From positions 10,646-74,645 of the forward strand of contig JANXDG010000030.1 in NCBI GenBank assembly GCA_025059805.1: 64,000 nt of DNA, written 5' to 3'. Origin of the DNA: Endomicrobiia bacterium. Its GTDB lineage: Bacteria > Elusimicrobiota > Endomicrobiia > DTEH01. Shown one piece after another: positions 47,937 to 58,462 of this stretch. The notes beneath the pieces are model-generated. The model searched no databases. It was not told the DNA's origin and saw nothing but the letters and a program-made list of their open reading frames with translations. A program made the position numbers and the translations under genes. Within the stretch, counting starts at the first letter, position 1. The number at the start of each line of letters is the position of its first letter.

Positions 47937-47991
47937 CATATATGGCGAGTGAGTTTGTTCATAATGGTGATGAATTTTTAAACGAAAACTT

Positions 47992-50322
47992 TTAGACTGT
48001 TACAACAATTTGATGTAATTTGTGTTTTGAAAGGAAGGGGACTAAATTTCCGCTAAGCTGTTCTCCATCAACTGTCAATTTTGGTTGGTTTACTTTTTTG
48101 TTAATAATTAAAAACCTGTATTTTGTATTCTTAATTATTAACTCCACTTTTGCTTTCTTAATAAATTCAGGTAAACACGGTGAAACTAAAATTCCATTAA
48201 GACAAGGTCTTATACCAAAAACATATTCTAATGTAACTTTAAACAACCATTGTGCAGAACCTGTATACCATGACCACCCACCTTGACCAAAATATGAACT
48301 ATTAGGTCCGTAAATATCACCACAAGTTACATATGGTTCTGTTTTGTAAAGGTCTGGGTTAGCAGTTGACCTAAAAATTGGATTAAGATTTTTGTAAATA
48401 TACTCAACTTTATCTTTACGTTGTAACAAACACTCCATAAGCAGTGCCCAGCAACCCGCATGAACATACAACCCGCCATTTTCTCGTACACCAGGCGAGT
48501 ATTCAGTTAAATAACCTATTTCTTTATCTGGTTTTGAGTATGCTGGGTATAACAATACTGGTCCGTATTTATGGTATAAATATTTCTCTAAAGAATTTAA
48601 AATCTTTTTCTGTCTGTCTTTATCATCAACTATACCGTTCATTATTGCCCAGGTTTGAGTATTAAGAAATATCATACCTTCTTTATTTTTCCTTGAACCA
48701 ATTAAATCTCCGTTATCTTTTGTAGCACACCAGAACCATTCTCCGTCCCAGCAATATTTGTTAATATTTTCTTTAAGTTTCACTGAGACTTTTTTATACT
48801 TTTCTTTCAAACTATTTGGTACAAACTTTACTTTAAAATGTTCTAAAATTTCTACAAATTCTTTCAAAATACCATATAAAAATTCTGCAAGCCAGACACT
48901 TTCTCCCTTCCAGTTTTTCCCTGCAGCAGAAAGACCATCGTTCCAATCACCACAACCTATAAGTGGTAATCCTCGTTTTGAGAATCTTTTCAATGACAAC
49001 TCTATCGCCTTAATGCAATGTAAATAAAGTGCATATTTCTTTTTATCATCTACAAACTCAACTTTCTCTTTCAGAATATCAATATCACCCGTTAACTTAA
49101 TATACTCATTTGTCACAAATACAAGCCAAAGATAAGGATCTGAATGTTTACTTATAGGACCGTCTTCTGTTACCGGCATCCACCAGTGGTACACATTGCC
49201 ATTTTTAAACTGATGTTTCGCATGGAGTAAAATTTGTTCTTTTGTCTTTTTTGGATCAATATACAAATAAATCATACTATCCTGTAACTGATCTCTATAA
49301 CCATATCCACCTGCTGGCTGGAAATATGCTGTTCTTGCGTTCATTCTGCAGGAAATAGTTTGATACTTTAACCAATAGTTTGTCATTATATCTATTTCTT
49401 TAACTCCTGTTTCTACTTTAACAGTAGATACCAAATCAAGCCAAAATTTTTTAGTTTGTTCAAATAGGACATCTATATTTTTCTCATATTTCTGCACTAA
49501 CATTTTAGCTTGATTCTGATTCTTTGCAACTCCAACTAAAAAAATAACCTGTTTTTCTTCTCCAGGTTGAAAATTTAGTTTACATTTAAAACTTGCAACT
49601 GGATCCACTGTCCTGCCTACAACATTGCTTAATGAAGAAACCTCAAGAGCTTTTGGATTATAAACACTTCTGTAGTTGCCTATAAAATCTTGTTTATCAG
49701 TAGTAAATCTTTCAGGTTTGGTTGAACAACTATGAAATGAAAATAAATCAAGTAAGCTATTTACTTTCTTAGCAAATATTATACCATTGGAATCATACCC
49801 TGTTTCAAAAAATAACTTGTGGAATTCGTTATGTACAGCAGCAGGATCTCTCAACGACCATTCAAGATAAGAATAGAGTTCAATCTCACGAGGTAACACT
49901 TTGTTATTTTTAATTTTTAACCACCAAACCTCAGTTGTATCTTCTGGAGGTACAAATATTGTTGCTTCTATTCTAAAATTATTATAGTTGTTTATAATCT
50001 TTGTATAACCTAAACCGTGAATACATAAGTAGTTTCTAACCTTACCCAACGGTTTATAGCCTAAGGACCATATTCTGTTATTTTCTTTAAAATAAAAAAA
50101 TTTGCCGTATTCTTCCTTAACTAAATCTTGAAACCATTGTGTGATCCTGAATAATGCTGCGTTCTTATAAAACGTATAACCTGTCCCAAGATTAGTAACT
50201 ACACAACCAAACTCTTTAGGACAAATAATGTTACTCCATGGTTTTGGTGTTAACGCTGTAATCACATACTCTTTACCTTCATCAATAAAATATCCATATT
50301 TTGTTTTTAACATTTTTTTCAT
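47992..50322 (-). CDS. GH94-family glycoside phosphorylase (cellobiose/cellodextrin/chitobiose-phosphorylase-like)
   Basis: N-terminus KYGYFIDEGKEYVITALTPKPWSNII...GTGYTFYKNAALFRITQW matches the GH94 N-terminal beta-sandwich. Also has a CGDWNDGLS motif and an (alpha/alpha)6 core; 776 aa. Confidence 0.7.
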   Translation of the reverse strand: MKKMLKTKYGYFIDEGKEYVITALTPKPWSNIICPKEFGCVVTNLGTGYTFYKNAALFRITQWFQDLVKEEYGKFFYFKENNRIWSLGYKPLGKVRNYLCIHGLGYTKIINNYNNFRIEATIFVPPEDTTEVWWLKIKNNKVLPREIELYSYLEWSLRDPAAVHNEFHKLFFETGYDSNGIIFAKKVNSLLDLFSFHSCSTKPERFTTDKQDFIGNYRSVYNPKALEVSSLSNVVGRTVDPVASFKCKLNFQPGEEKQVIFLVGVAKNQNQAKMLVQKYEKNIDVLFEQTKKFWLDLVSTVKVETGVKEIDIMTNYWLKYQTISCRMNARTAYFQPAGGYGYRDQLQDSMIYLYIDPKKTKEQILLHAKHQFKNGNVYHWWMPVTEDGPISKHSDPYLWLVFVTNEYIKLTGDIDILKEKVEFVDDKKKYALYLHCIKAIELSLKRFSKRGLPLIGCGDWNDGLSAAGKNWKGESVWLAEFLYGILKEFVEILEHFKVKFVPNSLKEKYKKVSVKLKENINKYCWDGEWFWCATKDNGDLIGSRKNKEGMIFLNTQTWAIMNGIVDDKDRQKKILNSLEKYLYHKYGPVLLYPAYSKPDKEIGYLTEYSPGVRENGGLYVHAGCWALLMECLLQRKDKVEYIYKNLNPIFRSTANPDLYKTEPYVTCGDIYGPNSSYFGQGGWSWYTGSAQWLFKVTLEYVFGIRPCLNGILVSPCLPEFIKKAKVELIIKNTKYRFLIINKKVNQPKLTVDGEQLSGNLVPFLSKHKLHQIVVTV

Positions 50323-50359
50323 AATTTCTCCTGTGAAAATTTAACCTTTTACAAATTAA

Positions 50360-52750
50360 TCATAGTATTACAGTTAAATAATTATCTTTCCCAACTTGAA
50401 GTTCAGAAACAAAAATTTTCAAAATTCCATTCTCGTACTGCCATTTGGTAGAAGTATTGGATTCTACCTTTTTTGGTCTTTTAGAAACTTTCAAGCATAA
50501 CTCGCCGCTGCTAACATTGCCATTAATTGAAAAACTTAATTTATTTTTTGACTTTAAATATTTCAAGATTTCAATACTGCCATAACGCAAAATTATGTTT
50601 TCTTCCAATGGTATATTCAGAGGTAATACCAGTGAGCTTCTTTGTCTCATTTGCGTATTACCAATGCTCGGGATCCTCGTCTTATTTTTTTCACCAGGAA
50701 GAGACAAACTTATCACTACTTTCTTATCAACTTCGTGATAGTTAAAAACATATAAAAAACCGAAGGTTTCATTTTCTCTTAACACTGCTATAATATCACT
50801 AAAAGGTTCAATTTGAATCCTACGTTTTACACCAGCAAGTTTTATAATTTTATCTACTAAACTTATATGATAATCAAAAGTATGATTTATTCCAAAACCT
50901 ACAATTATTACTTTTCCTTTACCTATTTTCCTTATAAATGCAGATGGTTCACCGGTTTTTGTCCTTGCAATAATTTCATTTTTTGCAATATTATCAAAAA
51001 TTTGTGTGGTTCCGCTTACAACAAAAATTTCTTCATCCTTAAAGTATACCCATTTTGTTTCAACTTCTTTACAAATTTTAACACCGATTTTGTCTAATAA
51101 AAAAGTCTCTTTTTCACTCATTAGATTTTTAGTTGGTAACTTAGGATTGAGAATCAAACTTCCGCCATCAAGTAAATATCTGTACAGTTTTTCCTGTACT
51201 TGTTTATCCATAAAATCTAAACCAAACACAAACAAGAAAGGATGCAATTTAAGTTCTTCTGATGAAATTTTTTCAAGATCAATAATATCATAACTATATC
51301 CTGCGAGTTGAAGCAATCTAGCGAACCCGTCAAAGAAAAATGTTGTTCTGAGATTTTCAAGTTTATTCACAAATTCGCCATCTAATAACTCAGTAGCATA
51401 ATATGGTGCATAAAAGCCAATTGTTATATCATTATATTTCTTAGTCTGAGACATAAATTCACCAAAAGTTTTTACTAAAAGTCCAAACTTTTGCATTGGT
51501 ATGAAATGTTCTTTTATTTCACCAGTAGAACTTACTGGTGCCTGCCATTCGTGATATCTACCAAACGCTCCCGTACCTTCTGGATTTATACCGCCAGAAA
51601 ACATATAAGCGTTAACACCAGCAAGGCCCGACGCAGTTGACAGTTTTAGGTTAAGTTCAACATCTGAAGGATAAATTTTAGGTCTATCTGACAGTTTCCC
51701 TGTTTGCAATTCACAACATATTGATGGTACATTTTCAGTAGTTATCATTCTTACAACTTCTGTTGTAATTAAAACATCGTGAAAATTGTCATAGTCAAGA
51801 CGGCGCATCTGGTATGCACCACCGAATATTACTTCAGGGACATATTTTGTGAATTCTCTAAACATTATAGTTGTTGTTGGACTATAAATCCCTCTGCCAC
51901 GTACGTCAAAATCATAAAATTGTGGTATGTTCGCAACAACAGGTATGTTTATCCCAGATTTATTCACTAGTTTAAATAAAAACTTGTAGTATCTTCCATA
52001 GTAATCACTATAAAAATTCATCCAGTCGTAATAAATTTGATAGCATGTTTCTTTCGCAATATTATCCTGTGGTTGACGAAGTTCATCAAAACTTTTGTAT
52101 TTCGTTTTATATACTTTGTTAAGGTAATCAATATCCTTATATTTGTTTTTCAAAAATTCTACATACATCTTTTCGGTATTCTCAGAACGTTCTACAGCTT
52201 TGTGTAACCAGTGAACCATCCCTATCTCATTACAGAGTTGAAGTAAAATAATATTACCACCTTTTGTTATCTGATATTTTTTGATGATCTCTAAAACATT
52301 GTTATACCATCGTTCAACAAATTTTAAATACGTTGAATTGTGATAAGATATCAACGTAGCGTGTGGTAAACTACCTAAATCTTTCCCTTTGACAAATACT
52401 TCTGGGTATTCTTCACAGAGCCATCTCGGTAAACCTTCGTATACAAGTTCTGCATTTGATACAGGGCCTATCCTTGCTATAAAATAAAGTCCCATATCAT
52501 TTACAAGTTTTAAAAAATCAACTATGTCTTTAAAATTAAATTCACCTTCTTTACTTTCATGGAAACACCAGGGAATATATGACGAAACTGTGTTAAGTCC
52601 TGCTTGTTTTGCTCGCAATAAATGTAGTTTCCAAAACTTCCTAGGTATCCTAAAATAATGTATCTCACCAGAATAAATAAAGAATGGTCTTTGATTAAGA
52701 TAAAAACAACTATTCTTTCTAACTTCGGTTTGCATAAGTAATCCCCTCAC
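50360..52750 (-). CDS. GH35-family beta-galactosidase
   Basis: FFIYSGEIHYFRIPRKFWKLHLLRAKQAGLNTVSSYIPWCFHESKEGEFNF matches the GH35 N-terminus. LQLCNEIG corresponds to the ENEYG acid/base motif. 796 aa. Confidence 0.75.
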   Translation of the reverse strand: MRGLLMQTEVRKNSCFYLNQRPFFIYSGEIHYFRIPRKFWKLHLLRAKQAGLNTVSSYIPWCFHESKEGEFNFKDIVDFLKLVNDMGLYFIARIGPVSNAELVYEGLPRWLCEEYPEVFVKGKDLGSLPHATLISYHNSTYLKFVERWYNNVLEIIKKYQITKGGNIILLQLCNEIGMVHWLHKAVERSENTEKMYVEFLKNKYKDIDYLNKVYKTKYKSFDELRQPQDNIAKETCYQIYYDWMNFYSDYYGRYYKFLFKLVNKSGINIPVVANIPQFYDFDVRGRGIYSPTTTIMFREFTKYVPEVIFGGAYQMRRLDYDNFHDVLITTEVVRMITTENVPSICCELQTGKLSDRPKIYPSDVELNLKLSTASGLAGVNAYMFSGGINPEGTGAFGRYHEWQAPVSSTGEIKEHFIPMQKFGLLVKTFGEFMSQTKKYNDITIGFYAPYYATELLDGEFVNKLENLRTTFFFDGFARLLQLAGYSYDIIDLEKISSEELKLHPFLFVFGLDFMDKQVQEKLYRYLLDGGSLILNPKLPTKNLMSEKETFLLDKIGVKICKEVETKWVYFKDEEIFVVSGTTQIFDNIAKNEIIARTKTGEPSAFIRKIGKGKVIIVGFGINHTFDYHISLVDKIIKLAGVKRRIQIEPFSDIIAVLRENETFGFLYVFNYHEVDKKVVISLSLPGEKNKTRIPSIGNTQMRQRSSLVLPLNIPLEENIILRYGSIEILKYLKSKNKLSFSINGNVSSGELCLKVSKRPKKVESNTSTKWQYENGILKIFVSELQVGKDNYLTVIL

Positions 52751-52805
52751 TTTCCGAAAGAAAAAGTGATTTTAATTTTCAGTATAAGATAAGAGAAACT
52801 ATATT

Positions 52806-53681
52806 TTATCCTTTTAATCCTGTGTGGGCAAAACTTTCAATAATATATCTTTGTGCAAATAAATAAATAATAATGATTGGTAACACTACTATAACAGCAC
52901 CTGCCATCAACAAACCGTATTCAGTAGTGTACTCACCAGATAAATTTGCTAAAGCAACTGTCAAAGTATATTTTCTCTCAGATGTCATAACTATCAATGG
53001 CCATAAAAAGTCATTCCATGTACCCATAAACGAAAACATAGCAAGTGTTGCTAATACAGGTTTGCATAAAGGAAGAACTATCTTCCAAAAAATCATAAAA
53101 TCAGAACAACCGTCAATCCTCGCAGCGTCAATTAAATCTTCAGGAATTGTTAACATAAACTGTCGGATAAGAAATATTCCGTAAACATTTGCTGCTGCAG
53201 GCAAAATTAATCCTAAATATGAATTTAATAATCCTAAATATTTAAGCAAAAGGAAAACAGGGATCATTGTCATCTGTCCTGGAATCATCATTGTAGCAAG
53301 CAGTAAGGTAAATATCTTATCCTTGCCTGCAAAATTGTATTTTGCGAATGCAAATGCTGCAAGTGAATTAAAAAATAAACTTATAATAGGAATTGTGAAG
53401 GCAACTATAACACTGTTTAGAAAACTACGCCAAAAGTTTATCCCTATAGCACCTTTCTCACGTCGTACTTCTTCAGGTTCTATATGGAATATACGCAGGT
53501 AATTTTCCAATGTTGGTTTTTTAGGTATAATCTGTGGTGTTTTTGTAAATATTGCTTCTTTACTTTTAAAAGATGTGGACAACATCCATATAAATGGCAA
53601 CATCGTGATTACTAAACCAAGAATTAAAAATATGTGGACTTGCCATCTTCTTATTATTTCGCCGATATCTAAATTTTTCAT
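52806..53681 (-). CDS. Carbohydrate ABC transporter permease (MalG/CUT1 type)
   Basis: Six TM helices and the EAA-loop motif DAARIDGCSDFMIFWKIVLP. Confidence 0.85.
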   Translation of the reverse strand: MKNLDIGEIIRRWQVHIFLILGLVITMLPFIWMLSTSFKSKEAIFTKTPQIIPKKPTLENYLRIFHIEPEEVRREKGAIGINFWRSFLNSVIVAFTIPIISLFFNSLAAFAFAKYNFAGKDKIFTLLLATMMIPGQMTMIPVFLLLKYLGLLNSYLGLILPAAANVYGIFLIRQFMLTIPEDLIDAARIDGCSDFMIFWKIVLPLCKPVLATLAMFSFMGTWNDFLWPLIVMTSERKYTLTVALANLSGEYTTEYGLLMAGAVIVVLPIIIIYLFAQRYIIESFAHTGLKG

Positions 53682-53690
53682 AACTAAATC

Positions 53691-55937
53691 TCAATAGAAT
53701 TTAGTTTTTTGAAATCTTAATTGTACTAGCGTAAACACAAATATTATGCTAAACAGAACGTATGCTGTTGCAGATGAAAAACCAAGTTTGAAAAATTTAA
53801 ATCCTTGATTGTACATATAGAGTACTACTGAAATTGTACTATTCATAGGACCACCTTGCGTCATAATATACGGTTCTGCAAAAAACTGAAAATAACCAAT
53901 GACAGAAGTTATTGTAATAAAAAGTGTTGTAGGTTTCAAACCCGGTAATGTTATGTGCCATACTATTTGACCTTTATTTGCTCCATCTACTGCAGCTGCT
54001 TCATACAAAGATTCTGGTATAGCCTGAAGTCCAGCTAAAAATATTACCATGTTATAGCCAAAATTTTTCCATGTTGCCATAAGAATCAATGATGGTAAAG
54101 CAAGCCTCGTACTGTTAAGCCAATCTTGTGGTTCTAAACCAATTAATGTTATAATGCTATTTATTAGACCAAAGTTAGGATCATACAACCATTTCCATAT
54201 TACTGCTACTGCAACAAGCGAAGTTATCACTGGCATAAAATATCCTGCACGAAAGAAAGATCTCAGTTTTATAAACTTTTCATTCAATATCAATGCTACA
54301 ATCAAAGCAATAAAAATGTTAAGTGGCACACCTAGAAATACATATAAAAATGTATTTCTCAAGGATTTCCAAAATACGGGGTCTTTTACTAACAGTTTAT
54401 AGTTTTCAATACCTATAAACACTAACTTTTGAGGATTTGCAATAGAATAAATGTCATAATTAGTCAAACTTAACATAAATGAAGCAATTATAGGTATAAA
54501 AAGAAAAACTACCAGAATACATACCGCAGGTAGTATAAATAAATAAGCAATATTAGAACTTCTTCCAAAAGACGTTTCTGCAGCAGGTTTACGCAAAAAT
54601 ATTAGAAATATTATGACGAAAAGCATTATTAATCCTATTAATAACAAAATACCTATTCTGGATGGTTTTATGTACTTCTCTAGTATCGTATTAATTTCTT
54701 TATCTAGTATTCTCAATGTATCTTCTATTGGCGCGTTTTCTCTAATAATAAGTTCCATCTTCTGACCAATAACATACGCAATTTGTTCCCATTCTGGGAT
54801 GTTCGGTGGACCTTTAGCATCTTCTAACTGTTTCAAGAAAGCTTTCATCATTGGCTTATCATCAAAATACTTGTGATACCATGCACTTCTTATAGCAGGA
54901 AGGTCTGTAGTAAGTTTGTACCATTCAACTTGATTTTCTGGCCGCGACATAAACTCTATAAACTTCCATGCAACATCTTTACGTTGTGATTTCTTAAATA
55001 TTACAAGATTACATCCACCAACAAATGAAGTATACTTTTTTGATTTTTTATCCTTTGTCCATAATGGACTTACAAACCATCTACCTTCAATCTCTGCACA
55101 TTCTTTACTGACAAGTTCTATCATCCACGGTCCTGAAACAAACATGCAGAAATATCCGGTTCTGAACGCATGAAAGATATCAATATCTGCCTGTGCACCA
55201 ATTGGTGCAATTTTATGTTTGTTAAATATATCATAGTAAAACTTCACCGCTTCAACAAACTTAGGTGTAAGAACCAATGATTTCTTATTATCTTCTGTAA
55301 GAAATTCAGCATCGTTTTGCCAAACAAAGAAACCCAACTCTGTCCAAATACCACTGCCACCAGAAGGTAAGTTTATAGCCCAACGGTCAATCCTACCATC
55401 GTTGTTCAAATCTTTTGTTAATTTTTTACCTGCGTCTATGAGTTCATCCCAGGTTCTCGGTGGATGGTCGTATCCTACAGATTTTAACAAATCAGTTCTG
55501 TAAAATAAAATTCTTGTATCTACATACCATGGTATACCATAAACCTTTCCATTAAAAACACAAGTGTTCCAGGAACCACTGAAATATTTTTCTTTAGAAA
55601 TAACCTTAGAGTTTTGTATAAATTCATCAAGTGGTTCTAGTGCTTCCATTGCATAAAATTCTGACATCCAGGTTGTACCTAGCTGACATACATCAGGTGG
55701 TATCCCGCCTACCACCGCAGTCAAAAGTTTTTCATGTGCAGCACCCCAAGGAATTGGCTGAACTACAACTTTTACACCAGGATTTTCTTGCTCAAACCTT
55801 TTTGCCATCTCTGGCAATTTTCTTCCTTCAGCACCCATTGCCCATACCGTAAGTATAGTTTCATTCGCTAAAGCAAAACAAGTTGACAAAATAGTAAAAG
55901 TTAATATGTTAACCAATCTAATGATTTTTCTTTCCAT
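53691..55937 (-). CDS. Fused carbohydrate ABC transporter substrate-binding protein + permease (SBP family 1 domain fused to MalF/UgpA-type TM domain)
   Basis: Signal peptide (MERKIIRLVNILTFTILSTCFALA), then an about 400-aa SBP_bac_1-like domain, then a six-TM permease with EAAAVDGANKGQ. The ORF-track start at 56039 is TTG, so the start is refined to ATG at 55935-55937. Single continuous ORF. Confidence 0.72.
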   Translation of the reverse strand: MERKIIRLVNILTFTILSTCFALANETILTVWAMGAEGRKLPEMAKRFEQENPGVKVVVQPIPWGAAHEKLLTAVVGGIPPDVCQLGTTWMSEFYAMEALEPLDEFIQNSKVISKEKYFSGSWNTCVFNGKVYGIPWYVDTRILFYRTDLLKSVGYDHPPRTWDELIDAGKKLTKDLNNDGRIDRWAINLPSGGSGIWTELGFFVWQNDAEFLTEDNKKSLVLTPKFVEAVKFYYDIFNKHKIAPIGAQADIDIFHAFRTGYFCMFVSGPWMIELVSKECAEIEGRWFVSPLWTKDKKSKKYTSFVGGCNLVIFKKSQRKDVAWKFIEFMSRPENQVEWYKLTTDLPAIRSAWYHKYFDDKPMMKAFLKQLEDAKGPPNIPEWEQIAYVIGQKMELIIRENAPIEDTLRILDKEINTILEKYIKPSRIGILLLIGLIMLFVIIFLIFLRKPAAETSFGRSSNIAYLFILPAVCILVVFLFIPIIASFMLSLTNYDIYSIANPQKLVFIGIENYKLLVKDPVFWKSLRNTFLYVFLGVPLNIFIALIVALILNEKFIKLRSFFRAGYFMPVITSLVAVAVIWKWLYDPNFGLINSIITLIGLEPQDWLNSTRLALPSLILMATWKNFGYNMVIFLAGLQAIPESLYEAAAVDGANKGQIVWHITLPGLKPTTLFITITSVIGYFQFFAEPYIMTQGGPMNSTISVVLYMYNQGFKFFKLGFSSATAYVLFSIIFVFTLVQLRFQKTKFY

Positions 55938-56068
55938 CTTTTTTCTCTGTTGTAAATTTTTGTTCGGCTTAAGATTTTTCCTAAACTGTCCTACTAGCTT
56001 TAAGGAATATACAACTTGTTGAACAACACAAAAATACAAAATTTCAAGTTAATTTTCATCACATTTGA

Positions 56069-58447
56069 CTACACAGTCACTTCCACTTTGTGTTCTTTAC
56101 CGTCATTAACAATTGGTATTATATCACCTTTTAGAGATTTGCCATCAAGTTTTACAGTTTTTACACTGTAACCATTACCACTCTTATTTTTTATTTCTAT
56201 ATGATATACATCATTACGAATTTCCCGTATTATTTTTACTTTTTTCCATCCAGGTGGTAAACAAGGATCAACACGTAAGCCGTTAATCTCAGGTCTTACA
56301 CCTATCATCCATTGTGTTGCAGCTACAAATAACCAATCAGCTGAACCTGTCAACCAAGTGAACGCACCTTCACCATAACGTGGATTACCCGGTCCTATTA
56401 GATACTCTGGTAAAACATATGGTTCTGTTTTAAACACTTCTATGTTCTTATTCCTACTAAGTGGTAATAATTTTACAAAAGTTTCGTATGCCTGTCTTGC
56501 TCTTTTAAGTTTTAAATCTGCCATTATTTTAAACGCACCTGCATGAGAAAAAATAGCAGCGTTCTCTTTTGTACCAACAGCAAATGTTGTTATTCTTCCG
56601 ATACGAGGGTTGTATACAGTATATGCTGGTTTAAACAAAACAGGTCCATAAGGTGTATCAAGTTCACTATCTATAATTTTCAATATTTTTTCTAATTTAT
56701 TTTCATCAGGTATTTCTGCAAGTATTGCCCATGTTTGTGCATTGAGTTGAATATTACCTTCCTTATTCTTCTTTGAGCCAACAGGTTCTCCATAATCGTT
56801 AAATGCGTAAATGTACCAACTACCATCCCATGCATATTTGTTTATCAAATTTTTCATATATTCATAATTTTTCCTGCATTTATCAACAGTTTGTTTATCT
56901 CCGATAATATCTGCTAATTCTTGTAAATGTTTAAGTGCAACACAAAGGCCCATACCAAGCCATACACTTTCACCTTTACCTAAAATACCAGTTCTGTCAA
57001 AAGCGTCGTTCCAATCTTGCGTACCAATAAGTGGTAATCCGCGTTTACTCTTCGCTACATTTAACAAAAACATAACAGCACGTTTTATGTGTTCATAAAG
57101 TTTTGAATATCCACCATCATAGTATTTCACCTTCTTATGCAAAATCTTAACATCCCCTGTTTCTTTCACATATGCGGTGGCTAAAATTGGTAACCATATT
57201 GGAAAATCAGAAGGTGGAGTATGAGTTGTAGGACCTGTCTCAAGTGACCATCCTGGCAACGGCTGGCCAGTTCTACGTTGATGCTCTGTAAGTTTTATTA
57301 ATATTCTCTTTGAATATTCTGGGTTTAAAGAAACCATTGCCCAGGCGTCCTGTGCAGTGTTTCTATACCCAAACTCGCCACCACCCTCATGGTAAAACGT
57401 AGCACTTCTTCCCCAATAGTTGTTCATATAAATTTGGTACTTAAGCCAAATGTTAACCATTAAATTAAAATCTTTGTCTGGTGTCTCAACATTAACAGTG
57501 TTAAGAATTGTGTTTTTCCAGTGTGCCTTCGTATTTTCAAATATTTGAATGACAGTTTTCACATCACGATATTTATTAACAAGTTTAATTATCTGAGCTT
57601 TGTTTTTTGAAATACCTATTGTTATACAAAAAATTTTTTCTTCACCTGCAGATAATCTTAGTTCATGTTGCAAAACACCTACCATCCCAACACCTGTGAC
57701 TCTATCCGTATTATTACATCGCCCAGAAATAACAGCCTGCGGTGCCTCATAATTTTTTTGCCTTCCATAGAAAAATTCTTCATCAATATCAAAACTATTA
57801 ACTTCTAAACTTGAAGACATAAAACATATGTATGGCCAGATGCGGTTTCTCCATGGTGTACGATATACATAGATTATCTGATTTTTATAATCATATTCGC
57901 CTCTGTAAGTCAATGCATATATATTTCTGATTGATAAATCTTCAAAGTAATCACCTAACATCCATTCAACCACAGGAAAAGTCCTAAGTATCTTTCTATC
58001 ACCACTTTTGTTTATTATCTTTACAATCCACACCTCTAAAGGTTCATCCTGCGGAACAAAATATGTTATTTCTGTTGTTACACCAAAATTTTCCGAACCT
58101 ATAATTGTATAACCTAATCCATGACGACAGTAATATTTTTTTCTAGTTTTAGTAACTGACCAATACTTACCTGTCTCAACATCGTAAATAAACAAAAATC
58201 TTCCCGGATTTTCGTATAAATAATTTTGTGGAGCCCACCTTGTTATTCTATTTTTTTCACAGTCAAGGTAAAAACTATATCCCGATGCTACCTGAGATAT
58301 TAACAAACAATATCTACCATTTGTTAAATAATTAATCCAGGGCCGGGGTGTGTCTGGTCTTTTTATCACAAACTCAGTTCCATCTTTTGAAAAATTACCA
58401 TATTTTGTATAACTTGTATTTGTACTCATCTGTCCATCATCCTCCAT
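56069..58447 (-). CDS. GH94-family glycoside phosphorylase, second paralog
   Basis: N-terminus KYGNFSKDGTEFVIKRPDTPRPWINYLTN...ASGYSFYLDCEKNRITRW, and GTQDWNDAFD. 792 aa, paralogous to 47992..50322. Confidence 0.7.
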   Translation of the reverse strand: MEDDGQMSTNTSYTKYGNFSKDGTEFVIKRPDTPRPWINYLTNGRYCLLISQVASGYSFYLDCEKNRITRWAPQNYLYENPGRFLFIYDVETGKYWSVTKTRKKYYCRHGLGYTIIGSENFGVTTEITYFVPQDEPLEVWIVKIINKSGDRKILRTFPVVEWMLGDYFEDLSIRNIYALTYRGEYDYKNQIIYVYRTPWRNRIWPYICFMSSSLEVNSFDIDEEFFYGRQKNYEAPQAVISGRCNNTDRVTGVGMVGVLQHELRLSAGEEKIFCITIGISKNKAQIIKLVNKYRDVKTVIQIFENTKAHWKNTILNTVNVETPDKDFNLMVNIWLKYQIYMNNYWGRSATFYHEGGGEFGYRNTAQDAWAMVSLNPEYSKRILIKLTEHQRRTGQPLPGWSLETGPTTHTPPSDFPIWLPILATAYVKETGDVKILHKKVKYYDGGYSKLYEHIKRAVMFLLNVAKSKRGLPLIGTQDWNDAFDRTGILGKGESVWLGMGLCVALKHLQELADIIGDKQTVDKCRKNYEYMKNLINKYAWDGSWYIYAFNDYGEPVGSKKNKEGNIQLNAQTWAILAEIPDENKLEKILKIIDSELDTPYGPVLFKPAYTVYNPRIGRITTFAVGTKENAAIFSHAGAFKIMADLKLKRARQAYETFVKLLPLSRNKNIEVFKTEPYVLPEYLIGPGNPRYGEGAFTWLTGSADWLFVAATQWMIGVRPEINGLRVDPCLPPGWKKVKIIREIRNDVYHIEIKNKSGNGYSVKTVKLDGKSLKGDIIPIVNDGKEHKVEVTV

Positions 58448-58462
58448 AGAATTACAAAATAA

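Noticed and set aside
53691-56039. Treating the 56039 TTG as the true start of the SBP-permease gene (782 aa)
   Set aside because: The N-terminal 34 residues precede a clear signal peptide that begins at an in-frame ATG (55937). The ORF track's M appears to be a TTG.
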